Shown here: positions 12,060 through 25,688 of the stretch, piece after piece | Layout of the letters: the number at the start of each line of letters is the position of its first letter | Numbering within the stretch: position 1 is the stretch's first letter | Assembly: GCA_030390025.1 (NCBI GenBank) | Contig: CM059432.1 | Location: 83,144,001 to 83,208,000 of the forward strand | Source: Squalus acanthias | Lineage: Eukaryota | Reading direction: 5' to 3' | DNA: 64,000 nt | Translations under genes and position numbers: made by a program | Notes under the pieces: generated by a model | Database searches by the model: none | Told to the model about the DNA's origin: nothing | What the model saw: the letters and a program-made list of their open reading frames with translations, nothing else

Positions 12060-13260
12060 GGAGATGGGCAAATGGATTCCTCAAAGTTCCATACATGAAT
12101 GCAAGCAGTCATAGGAACAATATGGGAGACATGGAGGTCCTTGCTGGAGAGGAGGCCATCACAAAGCCCTGGTTAAAAAATGACAAGGGTTAGGTAAACA
12201 TATTGATTATTTTGCAGAGATATAAAAAACAAACTGGAAAGGGGTGTAACCTTTTATGTGGAAGATTACATGATTACTAATGTAGATGGACTTATCTAGT
12301 CTGGATGTGGATAATGTGAACTTTGTGGATATGGATAAGAGATATGAGGGGAAGGCAACTGTTTATGAGTGACTGGTGTTGCTCACCAGGTCAAGAAGAG
12401 GGGTTGGAACAAGAACTTTGCCTTCAAACAAGTGAAGCATGTACTTGAACAGTTGCACTTGTTTTGTATGACTTCAATTTACCAGAGTTGGAAGGGAAAT
12501 TTATAAAAGGTACAAAAGAAGTTAAAACACGATCTTGCACTCAATATTGGATTGTTTTGTGGAACAGTTGGTTAAGGAGCACACATGCAGGGCATGTTGT
12601 TGGACCTGATAGTAAGTAACAACCAAAAAACTAGTAGCACAGGTAAAAGTCAGAGATCATCTTGGCAACAGTGACCATAATATGGTGGAGTTTAAGATGG
12701 CAAAGAAAATGAGTACAAAAGAAACATTCAATTTTAGAAAGGCAGATATTGAGGGGTGAGCTAAGGAAACTGGACTAGACCACATCTGGAGTATATTGTA
12801 CAATTCTAGTCACCATACTACAGCAAGAATATGCAGGCATTGAAGGCAGTGCAGAAAAGGGCAACTGAACTGATACTCAGCTTAAGGATTTTGAGCTATG
12901 GGGACAAGTTGAAGTGCCTAGGCTTGTTTACACCGGAGAAGAGAAGGCTCAAGAAAGATATTAATCAGCTATTCAAGATTCTTAAATGAATAGATAAATT
13001 GAACTCTGGTAATATGTTCAAGATTGTCACAAATTTGAGAATAGGGGACAAAAGCACAAACTTAGAAATGAAAAGGTGCACAGACACTTTACATTTAACT
13101 AATTTACACAGAGGATGGTGAACATATGGAGCAGACTGCGTATGGAGGCAGAATAGGATAGATATTTGAGGAGTAGGCAATTGAGGAGCATTAGTTCTGG
13201 AATTGGCCAGTTGGATTCTGAAGTTGTTACCAGTCCTGTACTTTCCTATGTTCCTATGGG
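12060..13260 (+). mobile_element. Old internally deleted CR1 remnant (endonuclease joined to RT 3' end)
   Basis: tacatgaatgcaag (YMNA), cttggcaacagtgaccataat (LGNSDHN), agaccacatctggagtat (RPHLEY), ttcctatgttcctatg tail. Confidence 0.7.
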
Positions 13261-13784
13261 AGAGTAACAGAGAGAAAGGGAAGAGCATCAGAAAGTAGGA
13301 AGAGAGGCTAAAAAATGTTGTCTCCGCTGAAGGAAACATTGCTTTATACTCACGTGTATTCTTTTATTTAACTAAAAAATACAGGAATTTGATCTCCAGG
13401 AAGAGAAACAGAGAATGTTGAGAGTAACTGGGAGAAATAGGGAGAAAGTTACAGAGATACTTCTATTGATCCAGTAAGGTAGAGTCCCATTCAGACCCAG
13501 TAAGACTGATGAATGAGATAAATGAATCGTCTCTGAATATAATTGAGAACCCCTGCCCCACATTATGTTGTGCTCTTGAACAAAACTAAATGGGGCCAAT
13601 TACTGTGTTGGTTATATTTGGTGTTTACAATTCATGGGGTGAAACGGACTGTAAAAAGGGATAGAGACTCGTAACACCACATACATTTCCAGTGAGACTT
13701 GTGGGGGCAGATGCAGGAAGCTTCCATTTGAAATAACAATAATATTAGAAGGACGCAGAAGTGTCATAATTACACCTTTTTTAA

Positions 13785-14312
13785 ATGTATTCATTTTTGG
13801 GATCTGGGCATCGCTGGCAAGGCCAGTATTTATTTCCCATTACTAATTGCCCTTGAGAAGGTGGTGGTGAGCCACCTTCTTGAACTGCTGCAGTCTGTAT
13901 GGTGAAGGTACTCCCACAGTGCTGTTAAATAGGGAGTTCCAGGATTTTGACTCAGTAACGATGAAGGAACGGCGATATATGTCCAAGTCAGGATGGTGTG
14001 TGACTTGGAGGGGAACTTCCAGATGATGGTGTTCCCATGTACCTGCTGCCCTTGTCCTTCTAAGTGGTAGAGGACAAGGGTTTGTGAGGCGCTATCAAAG
14101 AAGCCTTGGCGAGTTGCTGCAGTCCATCTTGTAGACGGTACACACTGCAGCCATATTGGACTGGTGGTGGAGGGACTGAATGTTTAAAGTGGTGGATGGG
14201 CTGCTGGTCATGCGGCCTGCTTTGTCCTGGATGGTGTCGAGCTTCTTGAGTGTTGTTGGAGCTGCACTCATCCAGGCAAGAGTATTCCATCACACTCTTG
14301 ACTTGTGCCCTG
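13785..14312 (-). mobile_element. YKAQVRSVMEY-family LINE 3' fragment
   Basis: Close similarity to 34966-35500 and 63128-63650. Confidence 0.9.
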
Positions 14313-14699
14313 TGCTTTTTTTCCCAGCCATTCCCAGCTGGTAAAACAACATTTCCTCATTTTGACCATATAAATTGGGTGTGAACGTTGCTGTGCCGGT
14401 AGTTAAAGAGGCAGGCAGCTACTTACACCTGCAATTTTATTTTGTTTGTTCAAATGTGGGTGAGCGTTTTACCATTTTTTCCTTCTGCTCAATTATGAGA
14501 GTCATGGGGCTTTGTACAATAACTTTGAGTTAGATACTGCTACTCCCAACTTACCCCTACACACAGTGGATGTCCCTATGGGAATACCACTTTATTTGTG
14601 TTACTTATAGGATTAAGAAGGAGATGAGAAGGAATGCATGGATGTAAGGGAATCTAGGTTACATTACAAGATAGGGGCTTGTATTTACTAATACCCTTC

Positions 14700-14901
14700 T
14701 AACAGCATCTATCAGCAATAATGGACTTACCTGTACTTTTCTGAGGAGCAACACGTGCAAAGATTTAGGTTCACTAGGGAGGCAGTGACAGAGTTGGTGT
14801 CACGTGCTTCAAGGTGACTCCAGGCAAACTCCAAGGTGGGCACAGCATGGACATTAGGAACATCAATCCACCTGTGATCCACGGATGTGCTGTTTGCCAG
14901 A
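14700..14901 (+). pseudogene. Decayed Harbinger transposase, N-terminal part (continues at 26991)
   Basis: Reads TYLYFSEEQHVQRFRFTREAVTEL...VLFAR, aligning with SYIHMSEELCLRRLRFSKEVVTEL...ALFKR of the intact transposase. Confidence 0.7.
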
Positions 14902-16665
14902 AGAACATAGGAACAGGAGTAGGCCATTCAGCCCCTTGAGCCTGCTCCGCCATTCAATGAGATCATGGCTGATCTGCGACCTAACTCCATATACCCGCCT
15001 TTGCCCCATATCCCTTAATACCTTTGGTTAACAGAAAACTATCAATCTCCGATTTAAAATTAACAATTGATCTAGCATCAATTGCCGTTTGCAGAAGAGA
15101 GTTCCAAAATTCTACCACCCTTTGTGTGTAGAAGTGTTTCCTAATTTCACTCCTGAAAGGTCTGGCTCTAATTTTTAGACTAGGCCCCTAGTCTTAGAAT
15201 CCCCAATCAGTGGAAATAGTTTCTCTCTATCTACCCTATCTGTTCCTTTTAATATCTTGAAAACTTCAATCAGATCACCCCTTAACCTTCTAAATTCTAG
15301 GGAATACAACCCTAATTTGTGTAATCACTCCTCGTAACTTAACCCTTGAAGTCCGGGTATCATTCTGGTAAACCTATGCTGCACTCCCCCCCAAGGCCAA
15401 TATATCCTTCCTAAGGTGTGGTGCCCAGAACTGGTCACAGTACTCCAGGTATGGTCTAACCAGGGTTTTGTATAGCTGCAGCATAACTTCCACCACCATT
15501 GTATTCTAGTCCTCTAGATATAAAGCCAGCATCCCATTGGACTTTTTGATTATTTTCTGTATCTGTTCATGACATTTTAATGATCTATGTACCTGGACCC
15601 CAAGTCTCTTTGCACCTCCACTGTTGTTAGCCTTTCACCATTTAGAAAGTACCCTGTTCTATCCCTTTTAGGTTCAAAGTTGATGACCTCACATTTGCCT
15701 ACATTGAAATCCATTTGTCACAGTTTTGCCCATTCACTTAATCTGTCGATATCCCTTTGTAAATTTATGCTTCCATCTACACTGCCTACAATGCCACCTA
15801 TCTTTGTGTCATCGGCAAATTTGGATATATGACTTTCTATGCCATCATCTAAGTCATTAATAAATACTGTGAATAGTTGAGGCTCCAAAACTGATCCCTG
15901 CGGGACACCACTAGTCACCTCCTGCCAATTTGAGTACCTACCCATTATCCCTACTGCCTGACTCCTGCCGCTCAGCCAATTTCCTAACCAGGTCAATAAT
16001 TTGCCCTCAATTCCATGGACTTCTACCTTAGTTAACAGTCTCTTATGTGGGACTTTATCAAATGACTTCTGGAAGTCCATATAAATAACATCCATAGACA
16101 TTCCCCTGTCCACTACTTTAGTCCACTCCTCAAAAAATAAATTCAGGTTTGTCAGGCATGACCTACCTTTCACAAATCCATGCTGGCTCTCTCTGATCAA
16201 CTGAAAATTTTCGAGGTGTTCAGTTACCCTATCCTTAATTATATAAACTAGCAATTTCCCGACAACAGATGTTAGGCTAACTGGTCTATAATTCCCTGGT
16301 TTCCCTCTCTCACCATTTTTAAATAGCGGAGTGACATGAGCAATTTTCCAATCTAAAGGAATGGTTCCTGAATCGAGAGAACTTTGGAAGATTATAGTTA
16401 GGGCATCTGCAATGTGCTCACCTACTTCCTTTAAAACCCCGAGATGGAAACCATCTAGTCTTGGGGATTTGTCACTCTTTAGTGCCATTATTTTCTTCAT
16501 TACTGTTATTTTACTTACATTAATTTTACTGAGTCCCTGTCCCTGATTCAATATTAGTTTCCTTGGTATTAGATTTTTGGCATGCTATCCTCTTCCTCTA
16601 CTGTAAATACTGACGCAAAGTAATTATTCAACATGTCTGCCATTTCCTTATTATCATTGATAATA

Positions 16666-17770
16666 GGAGCAGGAGATTCTGTGAGTAAACAGAGCGGGAG
16701 ATTCTGTGAGTATGCAGAGCAGGAGATTCTGTGAGTAAACAGAGCGGGAGATTCTGTGAGTATGCAGAGCAGGAGATTCTGTGAGTAAGCAGAGCGGGAG
16801 ATTCTGTGAGTAAACAGAGCGGGAGATTCTGTGAGTAAACAGAGCGGGAGATTCTGTGAGTATGCAGAGCAGGAGATTCTGTGAGTATACAGAGCGGGAG
16901 AATCTGTGAGTATACAGAGCAGGAGATTCTGTGAGTAAACAGAGCGGGAGATTCTGTGAGTATGCAGAGCAGGAGATTCTGTGAGTATGCAGAGCGGGAG
17001 ATTCTGTGAGTAAACAGAGCGGGAGATTCTGTGAGTAAACAGAGCGGGAGATTCTATGAGTAAACAGAGCGGGAGATTCTGTGAGTAAACAGAGCGGGAG
17101 ATTCTGTGAGTAAACAGAGCGGGAGAATCTGTGAGTATGCAGAGCAGGAGATTCTGTGAGTATGCAGAGCAGGAGATTCTGTGAGTAAACAGAGCGGGAG
17201 ATTCTGTGAGTATGCAGAGCAGGAGATTCTGTGAGTAAACAGAGTGGGAGAATCTGTGAGTATGCAGAGCAGGAGATTCTGTGAGTAAACAGAGCGGGAG
17301 ATTCTGTGAGTAAACAGAGCGGGAGATTCTATGAGTAAACAGAGCGGGAGATTCTATGAGTAAACAGAGCGGGAGATTCTGTGAGTAAACAGCGGGAGAA
17401 TCTGTGAGTAAACAGAGCGGGAGATTCTATGAGTAAACAGAGCAGGAGATTCTGTGAGTATACAGAGCGGGAGATTCTGTGAGTAAACAGAGCGGGAGAA
17501 TCTGTGAGTAAACAGAGCGGGAGATTCTATGAGTAAACAGCGGGAGATTCTGTGAGTAAACAGAGCGGGAGATTCTGTGAGTAAACAGAGCGGGAGATTC
17601 TGTGAGTAAACAGAGCGGGAGATTCTATGAGTAAACAGAGCAGGAGATTCTGTGAGTATACAGAGCGGGAGATTCTATGAGTAAAGAGCGGGAGATTCGC
17701 TGAGTATACAGAGCGGGAGATTCACTGAGTATACAGAGCGGGAGATTCACTGAGTATACAGAGTATTTGG
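16666..17770 (+). repeat. Minisatellite, 25-bp unit GAGCGGGAGATTCTGTGAGTAAACA, roughly 44 copies
   Basis: Head-to-tail units with variants (tatgca/taaaca/tataca, gcgg/gcag) and no unique spacers. Confidence 0.97.
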
Positions 17771-17914
17771 TGAGTATTTTTCCTTCTCTTTTTCTCTAAA
17801 CTTGGGCATTGGCTTAAATTAAGAGCCGTGATTATAGATTATAAACTATATATAGACAATTGAGTAATATTCCAAACCTTGAAAACCTAATTAGTTAAAT
17901 AAAATACAATAGAG

Positions 17915-18864
17915 ATGGCAGGGCAGGAGATGTGTTGCAGCTGTAGCATGTGGGAGCTGGTGGACCCCAGTGTGATCCACAGCAACCACATCTGCAGTAA
18001 GTGTTGGCAGCTCGAGGAACTTCGGCTCAGAATTGATGAGCTGGAGTCCGAGCTTCAGACACTGCGATACATCAGGGAGGGAGAAAGTTGCCTGGATACT
18101 TTGTTCCAGGAGGCAGTCACACCCCTTAGGTTAAGTACTTCAAATCTGGTCTGTGGTCAGGGACAGGAGGGTGTGACTGCAAGTGAGGCAGGTATGGGAA
18201 TCCAGGAGTTAGCATTGGAGGAGCCTCAGCCCTTGCACTTGTCCAACAGGTTTGAGGTTCTTGCAGCCTGTGTGGACGAGAGCAGGGACTGCATGGAGGA
18301 TGAGCAAACTGACCACAGCACCGTGGTACAGGGGGCCATTCAAGTTGGGGGAGTGAAAAGGAATGTAGTAATGGTAGGGGACGGTATAGTTAGGGGGATA
18401 GATACTGTTCTCTGCAGCCGAGAGCGTGAGTCCCGAAGGCTGTGTTGCCTACCAGGGTTAAGGACATCTCCTCGGGGCTGGAGAGGAACTTGGAGTGGGA
18501 GGGGAAAGATCCAGTTGTCGTGGTCCACATAGGTACCAACGACATAGGTAGGACTAAGAAAGACATTCTGCTGAGGGAGTATGAGCAGCTAGGGGCCAAA
18601 TTAAAAAGCAGAACCACAAAGGTAATAATCTCTGGATTACTACCTGAGCCACGAGCAAATTGGCATAGGGTCAATAAGATCAGAGAGGTGAATGCGTGGC
18701 TCAAGGATTGGTGTGGGAGAAATGGGTTTTGATTCATGGGGCACTGGCACCAGTATTGGGGAAAGAGGGAGCTGTTCCGTTGGGACGGGCTTCACTTGAA
18801 CCATGCTGGGACCAGTGTCCTGGTGAATCGAATAACTAGGGCGGTAGATAGGGTTTTAAACTAA
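17915..18864 (+). pseudogene. CR1 ORF1: zinc finger/leucine zipper plus SGNH-type esterase, with a frameshift and a stop
   Basis: CCSCSMW...HICSKC; VVMVGDG, VVVHIGTND and WDGLHLN blocks; split over ORFs 17915 and 18442. Confidence 0.85.
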
Positions 18865-19039
18865 ATAGTGGGGGGGGGGGGGGGGGGGTTCAGGTGAAGG
18901 GGAATTTAGAAAGTCAAAGAGAAAGGAGAAGGCAATAGTGCAGGGTAGCGATAGGGGTAATGATAACCAGAGGAGACAGAGCGTACGAACATAAGCGTGC
19001 ACCAGCAAATAGTTTCAGAGTAGGTAAAAATGGTATAAA

Positions 19040-22000
19040 GTAAAAATTAAAAGCTCTTTATCTGAATGCACACAGCATTCATAACAAGATAGATGAGTTG
19101 ACGGCACAAATAGAAATAAATGGGTATGATCTGATAGCCATTGCAGAGACGTGGTTGCAAGGTGACCAAGGCTAGGAACTGAATATTCAGGGGTATTTGA
19201 CACTTCAGAAGGATAGACAGAAAGGAAAAGGAGGTGGGGTAGCTCTTAATAAAGGATGAGATCAGTGCAGTGGTGAGAAATGATATTGGCTCAGAAGAGC
19301 AGGATGTAGAATCAGTTTGGGTGGAGATAAGAAATAGTAAGGGAAAAAAGTCACTGGTGGGAGTAGTCTATAGGCCCCCGAAGAGTAGCTACACTGTAGG
19401 ACAGAGTATAAATCTAGAAATAATAGGGGCTTGTAAGAAAGGTACTGCGATAATCATGGGCGATTTTAATCTTCTTATAGATTGGACAAATCAAATTGGC
19501 AAGGGTAGCCTTGAGGACGAGTTCATAGAATGTATTTGGGATGGTTTCTTAGAACAATACATTGTGGAACCAACCAGGGAGAAGGCAATTTTAGATCTGG
19601 TAATGTGTAATGAGACAGGATTAATTAATGATCTCATAGTAAAGGAACCTCTAGGGAAGAGTGATCATAGCATGATAGAATTTCAAATTCAGTTTGAGGG
19701 TGAGAAACTTGGGTCTGAAACTAGTGTCCTAAACTTAAATAAAGGCAATTACAAAGGTATGAAGACAGAGTTGGCTAAAGTAGACTGGGAAAATAGATTA
19801 AAGGGTAAGACGGTAGATAAGCAGTGGCAGACATTTAAGGAGATATTTCATAACTCTCAGCAAAGGTTTATTCCAGTGAGAAAGAAAGACTACGAGAAGG
19901 ATGAACCATCCGTGGCTAACTAAGGAAGTTAAGGATGGTATCAAATTGAAAGAAAAGGCATACAATGTTGCGAAGATTAGTGGTAGGCCAGAGGATTGGG
20001 AAATTTTTAGACACCAGCAAAGGATGACTAAAAAAATAAAGAGGGAAAAGAGATTATGAAAGTAAACTAGCAAAAAATATAAAAACAGACATTAAGAGCT
20101 TCTACAGGTATATAAAAGGGAAGAGAGTAGCTAAAGTAAACGTTGGTCCCTTAGAGCATGGGACTGGGGAATTAATAATGGGAAACAGGGAAATGGCAGA
20201 GACTTTGAACAAATATTTTGTATCGGCCTTCACGGTAGAAGACCCTAAAAACATCCCAATAATAATTGATAATCAAGGGGCTATAGGGAGGGAGGAACTT
20301 AAAACAATGACTATCACTAGAGAAAAAGTACTAGGCAAACTAATGGGACTAAAGGCTGACAAGTCCCCTGGACCTGATGGCCTACATCCTAGGGTCTTAA
20401 AAGAAGTGGCTGCAGAGATAGTGGATGCGTTGGTTGTAATCTACCAAAATTCCCATGATTCTGGAGAGGTCCCAGCAGATTGGAAAACCGCAAATGAAAG
20501 GAGGGAGGCAAAAAGCAGGAAATAATAGGCCAGTTAGCCTAACCTCTGTCATTGGGAAAATGCTGGAATCCATTATTAAGGAAGTAATAGCAGGACATTT
20601 AGAAAATCATAATACAATCAAGCAGAGTCAACATGGTTTTATGAAAGGGAAATCATGTTTGACAAATTTATTAGAGTTCTTTGAGGATGTAACGAGCAGG
20701 GTGGATAAAGGGAAACCAGTAGATGTCGTGTATTTGGATTTCCAGAAGGCATTCGATAAGGTGCCACATAAAAGGTTAATACACAAGATAAGAGCTCACA
20801 GGGTTGGGGGTAATATATTAGCATGGATAGAGGATTGGCTAACTAACAGAAAACAAAGAGTCGGGATAAATGGGTCATTTTCAGGTTGGCAAACAGAAAC
20901 AACTGGGGTGCCGCAGGGATCAGTGCTGGGGCCTCAACTATTTACAATCTATATTAATGACTTGGATGAAGGGACCGTGTGTACTGTAGCCAAATTTGCT
21001 GATGATACAAAGATAGGTAGGAAAGCAAGTTGTGAGGAGGACACAAAGGGCTCGATTTTAATAGCCCTGAGGAGGCGGGTCAGGTGCGAAAGTCGGAAAA
21101 AATGGCTTCAGACACCCAACCCGCCTCCAATCCGACCCCACGCAATTTTCATGAGTTTCGGGTCAGCCACTCCCAAACTGACCCGACTCCAACCGGTGGG
21201 ACAGGTAATTAAGGCAGTTAAGAGCCTGTTAATTGCCTTGATAATCCTATTTTGATAGAGGTTTCCCATTTTCGTGCCTCTGGTTCCTGTTTCCCGTCTT
21301 GTCAGAAACAGTCCAGCTACAAGGAGACGAGTTTCTCGAGGACATGATCTGTAGTCATTATTGGTGCAGAACTTTAAAAGCGCTCCTGTAACATGGCTGG
21401 CATTCAAATGCAACGACTTTGTTGTTGGAGATTTGGGATAAGATTTTGCAAATCTACTGACATTGTGACTGGTCAAGTTGACACACATCTGCTGTTTGAA
21501 CTGATTGGAATAATTTCAGGCCACTTTGAGTGTGCGCTTGCAAGCTTCTTGCTTCCACTGAAATTTATAACAACAGGATGGGAACCATTTACATCCTCTC
21601 ATCCTGGTCGTCAGATTCGGAGGAAGAGCAGCGTGGCTTAGTGCTGCCAGATGAACAAGTGGCTCAGCACACAGCCTCCTTGGAGGAAGATGAAGAGGAC
21701 GAGGAGGAGGATGAGTAGGAGGACAGGCAGTGACGCCTTGCGGGGCCGGATGTGGCCAATCCAGCAGCAGGCGACCACATTGATGGCCGTCAGGCAAGGG
21801 ATGCACTCACCCATGCCAGATTCGCGTAAGCTAACACTTCAACCACAGGTGGCTGGCACATGGAGATGAATATAAGTCCGACAGTCTCAAAACCCCAGGC
21901 ATCATCTGTCCAATAAACGGTGGTTTGCGCTCAGTGTCACCACCAACATTCTACATGAGCCCTCACTCTTGAACTTCCATTTCCCAGAACAGAGGCCACA

Positions 22001-23442
22001 CTTTAGGTGATCTCAGCAGATCATTAAACCTTTTTCCACACTAAACCCATGTGCGTCTGCACACAGACCTCGAGCTCACCTCCTCAGCAATTTGCAGCCA
22101 AGCTGCCTTGGTTTGCTGAGGAGGCCTCCTCCTTCCACTTCCAGGGAAGAGGAGCTCCTGACGTCCTCTAACTCCCTCAACAAAAGCATGGAGAGAGCTC
22201 TCATTGAACCTGGGTGCAGCCTTAGTTATTGGGGCTGCGATTCCTGCAGCTCCCAGCACCTTTAGGAGAAAAAAGCATTAATATTACTAAGCCAATGATT
22301 GGAACAAATCTGGCATCTTTTTAATTTCATAGTCAGATAATAAAGTCATATATCAAAAAATCATGAATCTCTTTCTGGAATAATATGACCAGCAATATCA
22401 TTCATTAAATTTTGCTCAGAACAGACGCTGTCAACTCCCCTTTCTAGATAATAAAGCACCAAGCCATCCCATTGACATTTGTATGCAAAGGGGACATGGC
22501 CCCTTTAAATTTTCAAACAAACAACGCGTCATCAGACGCGAGAAACTGACATCCTCCAAGCAATTGCCTGGAGGGACCCGCACGTCGGCCGTAATGAGGT
22601 CAATCAATCCAAAATCGGAAGTGCTGGGAGGCGGCAGCCGGGTGCGGGTCTGAAAGCTGCTGAGCAGCGGGCCCGCCCTCAACCCGCCTCCGTTATTAAA
22701 ATCGAGCCCAAAGAGTCTGCAAAGGGCTATAGACAGGTTAAGTGAGTGGGCAAAAATTTGGCAGATAGAGTATAATGTGGGAAAATGTGAGGTTATCCAC
22801 TTTGGTAGGAAAAATAAAAAAGCAAATTATTATTTAAATGGAGAGAGACTACAAAATGCTGCGGTACAGAGGGATCTGGGGGTCCTTGTACATGAAACAC
22901 AAAAAGTTAGCATGCAGGTACAGCAAGTAATTAGGAAGGCAAATGGAATGTTGGCCTTTATTGCAAGGGGGATGGAGTATAAAAGTAGGGAAGTCTTGCT
23001 ACAACTGGACAGGGTGCTGGTGAGACCACACCTGGAGTACTGCGTACAGTTTTGGTCTCCTTATTTAAGGAGGGATATACTTGCATTGGAGGCAGTTCAG
23101 AGAAGGTTCACTAGGTTAATTCCTGAGATGAAGGGGTTGTCTTATGAAGAAAGGTTGAGCAGTTTGGGCCTATATTCAATGGAGTTTAGAAGAATGAGAG
23201 GTGATCTTATTGAAACATAAGATTCTGAGGGGGCTTGACAGGGTAGATGCAGGGAGGATGTTTCCCCTCGTGGGGGAATCTAGAACTAGGGGGCATAGTT
23301 TCAGGATAAGGGGTCGCCCATTTAAAACGGAGATGAGGAGGAATTTCTTCTCTCAGAGGGTCGTGAATCTTTGGAATTCTCTACCCCAGAGAGCTGTGGA
23401 GGCGGAGTCATTGAATATATTCAAGGCGGAGATAGACATATA
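19040..23442 (+). pseudogene. CR1 ORF2 endonuclease-reverse transcriptase, disrupted
   Basis: [42 protein letters not shown] and RPHLEY motifs across several ORFs. Confidence 0.9.
21048..22709. mobile_element. Non-autonomous Harbinger deletion derivative (1662 bp)
   Basis: Perfect 16-bp TIR GGGCTCGATTTTAATA; AAA TSD (21045-47 and 22710-12); removal restores CR1 EEDTKSLQR; Myb remnant at 22041-22259 (minus) and acidic transposase tail at ~21680 (plus). Confidence 0.93.
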
Positions 23443-24174
23443 GGCCCAAAAATTTTTGTTACTACGCGAGAGTACGCACTGTGTACTCTCGCGTATTCTG
23501 TCTCCAATTGCCGGTTTTCTGCATGCGCTGAAAACCGGCACTTGGTGATTTCAAAAGGGGGCGGTTCCTAGGTGAACCGCGTGCGCGCTACAGGCTGCGC
23601 GCACGCAGTGCACTTAGTGCTTTGAACGCGCAGGTAAGCATGGAAGATTTTGCACATAAAGAAAGGAGGCGTAAGACCCTCTTTTAACAAGGTAAGTAGT
23701 TAATTAAGTATTATTTTGAATTTTTTTCAACAGGTATATCTTTTTTAGAGACTTTAAAGAAAGGTAAGTTTATTTTTATAACTTTGTAAAAGATTTTAAA
23801 TTTTTTCAAAAATTTAATTTTTTGTTTAAAGTGGTTAATTTATTTAACTATACTTATTTTATTAATGTGATGGTTTTTTTTAAAATTTAATTGAGGTTTA
23901 GCTGTTCTTTTGAGGGGGTATAGATTCATAGCTTTCACAGCACTTGCTGTGAAAACTATGAATGAAAGATGGTGTGCTGCCATTGGCTCTAACTGAATCA
24001 CGTGATCCCACAGCTCGCACGAATTAACTGCGCCTGTGGGATACGAAAGCACTGCACAGCTGCTGTCTAGAAAATCAAGTTCGTGCGAGCTCGGAATGAA
24101 AAGGCAGGCGCGCAGTGAGATATCGCGGGGAAGCCTTACCCCCGCACGAAGGCTCCGTCATTAATTTCTGGGCC
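23443..24174. mobile_element. MITE, probably Harbinger type (732 bp)
   Basis: TIR GGCCCA(A/G)AAATT; flanks ATA/ATT (imperfect 3-bp TSD); interrupts the CR1 3' end; GC-rich arms and AT-rich core. Confidence 0.8.
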
Positions 24175-25688
24175 ATTTTTGAGCTACAGTGGAGTCAAGG
24201 GTTATGGGCAGCGGGTGGGAAAGTGGGGTTGAGGTCAATATCAGATCAGCCATGATCTTATTGAATGGCGGAGCAGGCTCGAGGGGCCGAATGGCCTACT
24301 CCTGCTCCTATTTCTTATGTTCTTATGTTCTTATCACCGCTTTCAGTTTTTAAGGGGTCAACATTGCTCCTGACTACCCCCTTTTTCCTAATATAATTGT
24401 AAAAAAAAAGTGTTGATTTTTATATCCCTTGCAAGTTTATTTTCATATTCCTTTTTGTTGCTCTTACTATCTGTTTTTCACCCTTTGCTGTTCTTTGTAT
24501 CTTTCCCATTCGCCAGGATCTGGGCTATTTTTTGCATTTTTGTATGCTTTTTGTTTTAGTTTTATGTTGTCCCTTACCTCTTTAGTCGTCCATAGCTGTT
24601 TTTTTGGCAAGTAGCGCTCTTGCCCCTCAGCGGTATAAACTGGTTCTATATCACCTTAAATTCTTTTTTGAACATCTTCCCTGATCTTCTGTCATTTTAC
24701 CCATTAACAGATTGGCCCAGTTTACTGTGGACAGTCTCTGTCTCATCCCTTTGAAGTCGGCCTTACCCAAATCTAGAATCATAGTAGCTGTTTCGCATTT
24801 CTCCCTTTCAAACGCTATGTTGAACTCGATCATGTTATGATCGTTATTGGATAAATGTTCACATACAGTTAGGCTGTGAACTAAATCTGCCTCTTACTCA
24901 TTACTAAATCTAATATGGCATGCCCCCTTGTTGCCTCTAGTACATATTGTTGTAGAAAACTATCCCGGACACACTCAAGAAATTCACTACCTTTCTGACA
25001 GGTGCTAGTCTACTTATCCCAATCTATATGAAAGTTAAAAATCCCCCATTAAAACCACTCTGCCTTTGCTACGCACTTGTCTAATCTCTGCATTTATACA
25101 ATCTAGCACTTCACAGCTGCTACCAGGGAGCCTATACACAACTCGCACTACAGTCTTAAATTCTTTCCTATTTCTTAATTCTACCCATAAAATCTCCACT
25201 GCCTACTTACCTCTCGTTATATCCTCTCTTATCATTGAAGTGATTTCATCCTTAATCACTAAGGCTACTTCTCCCCCTCTGTCATTTCCCCTTTCTTTCC
25301 TGTAGACTTTATAACCTGGTATATTTAGTTCCCAGTCCTGATCATCTTGCAGCCATGTCTCAGTAATGGCTACCATGTCATACCCTCCAATTTGAATTTG
25401 CGCCTGCAGTTCATTCAATTTATTCCTTATACTCCGTGCTTTTGTATAAAGAACGCTTATTTGGGCCACACACCCTAGCCTGTCCTTCGGCTCTAATGTT
25501 TTTCTCACTTGTTCCTTATTTCTCTCACCTGGTTTAATCACTTTACATCTTTTAGTTTTCCCTCTACATGTAGTGCCTAAAGCATAATTTCTGACTGTTA
25601 CTCTACTCTCTTCCCTTTCATTTGTTTTTGAACTACTATTTTTACTACAATTTCCACATGAGCCGCCCCCCCCCCCCCACCCCATTTA

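Larger units (their letters stand above)
16666..24334 (+). mobile_element. Near full-length CR1 LINE (copy Y) containing two DNA-transposon insertions
   Basis: 5' tandem array, ORF1 from 17915, EN-RT ORF2 fragments from ~19040, (ttcttatg)n tail ending ~24334; host CR1 X reads through once Y is removed (ttatcattgataa|tatcaccgc). Confidence 0.93.

Noticed and set aside
16666..17770. CRISPR array
   Set aside because: Units are head-to-tail with no unique spacers, there are no cas genes, and the context is eukaryotic
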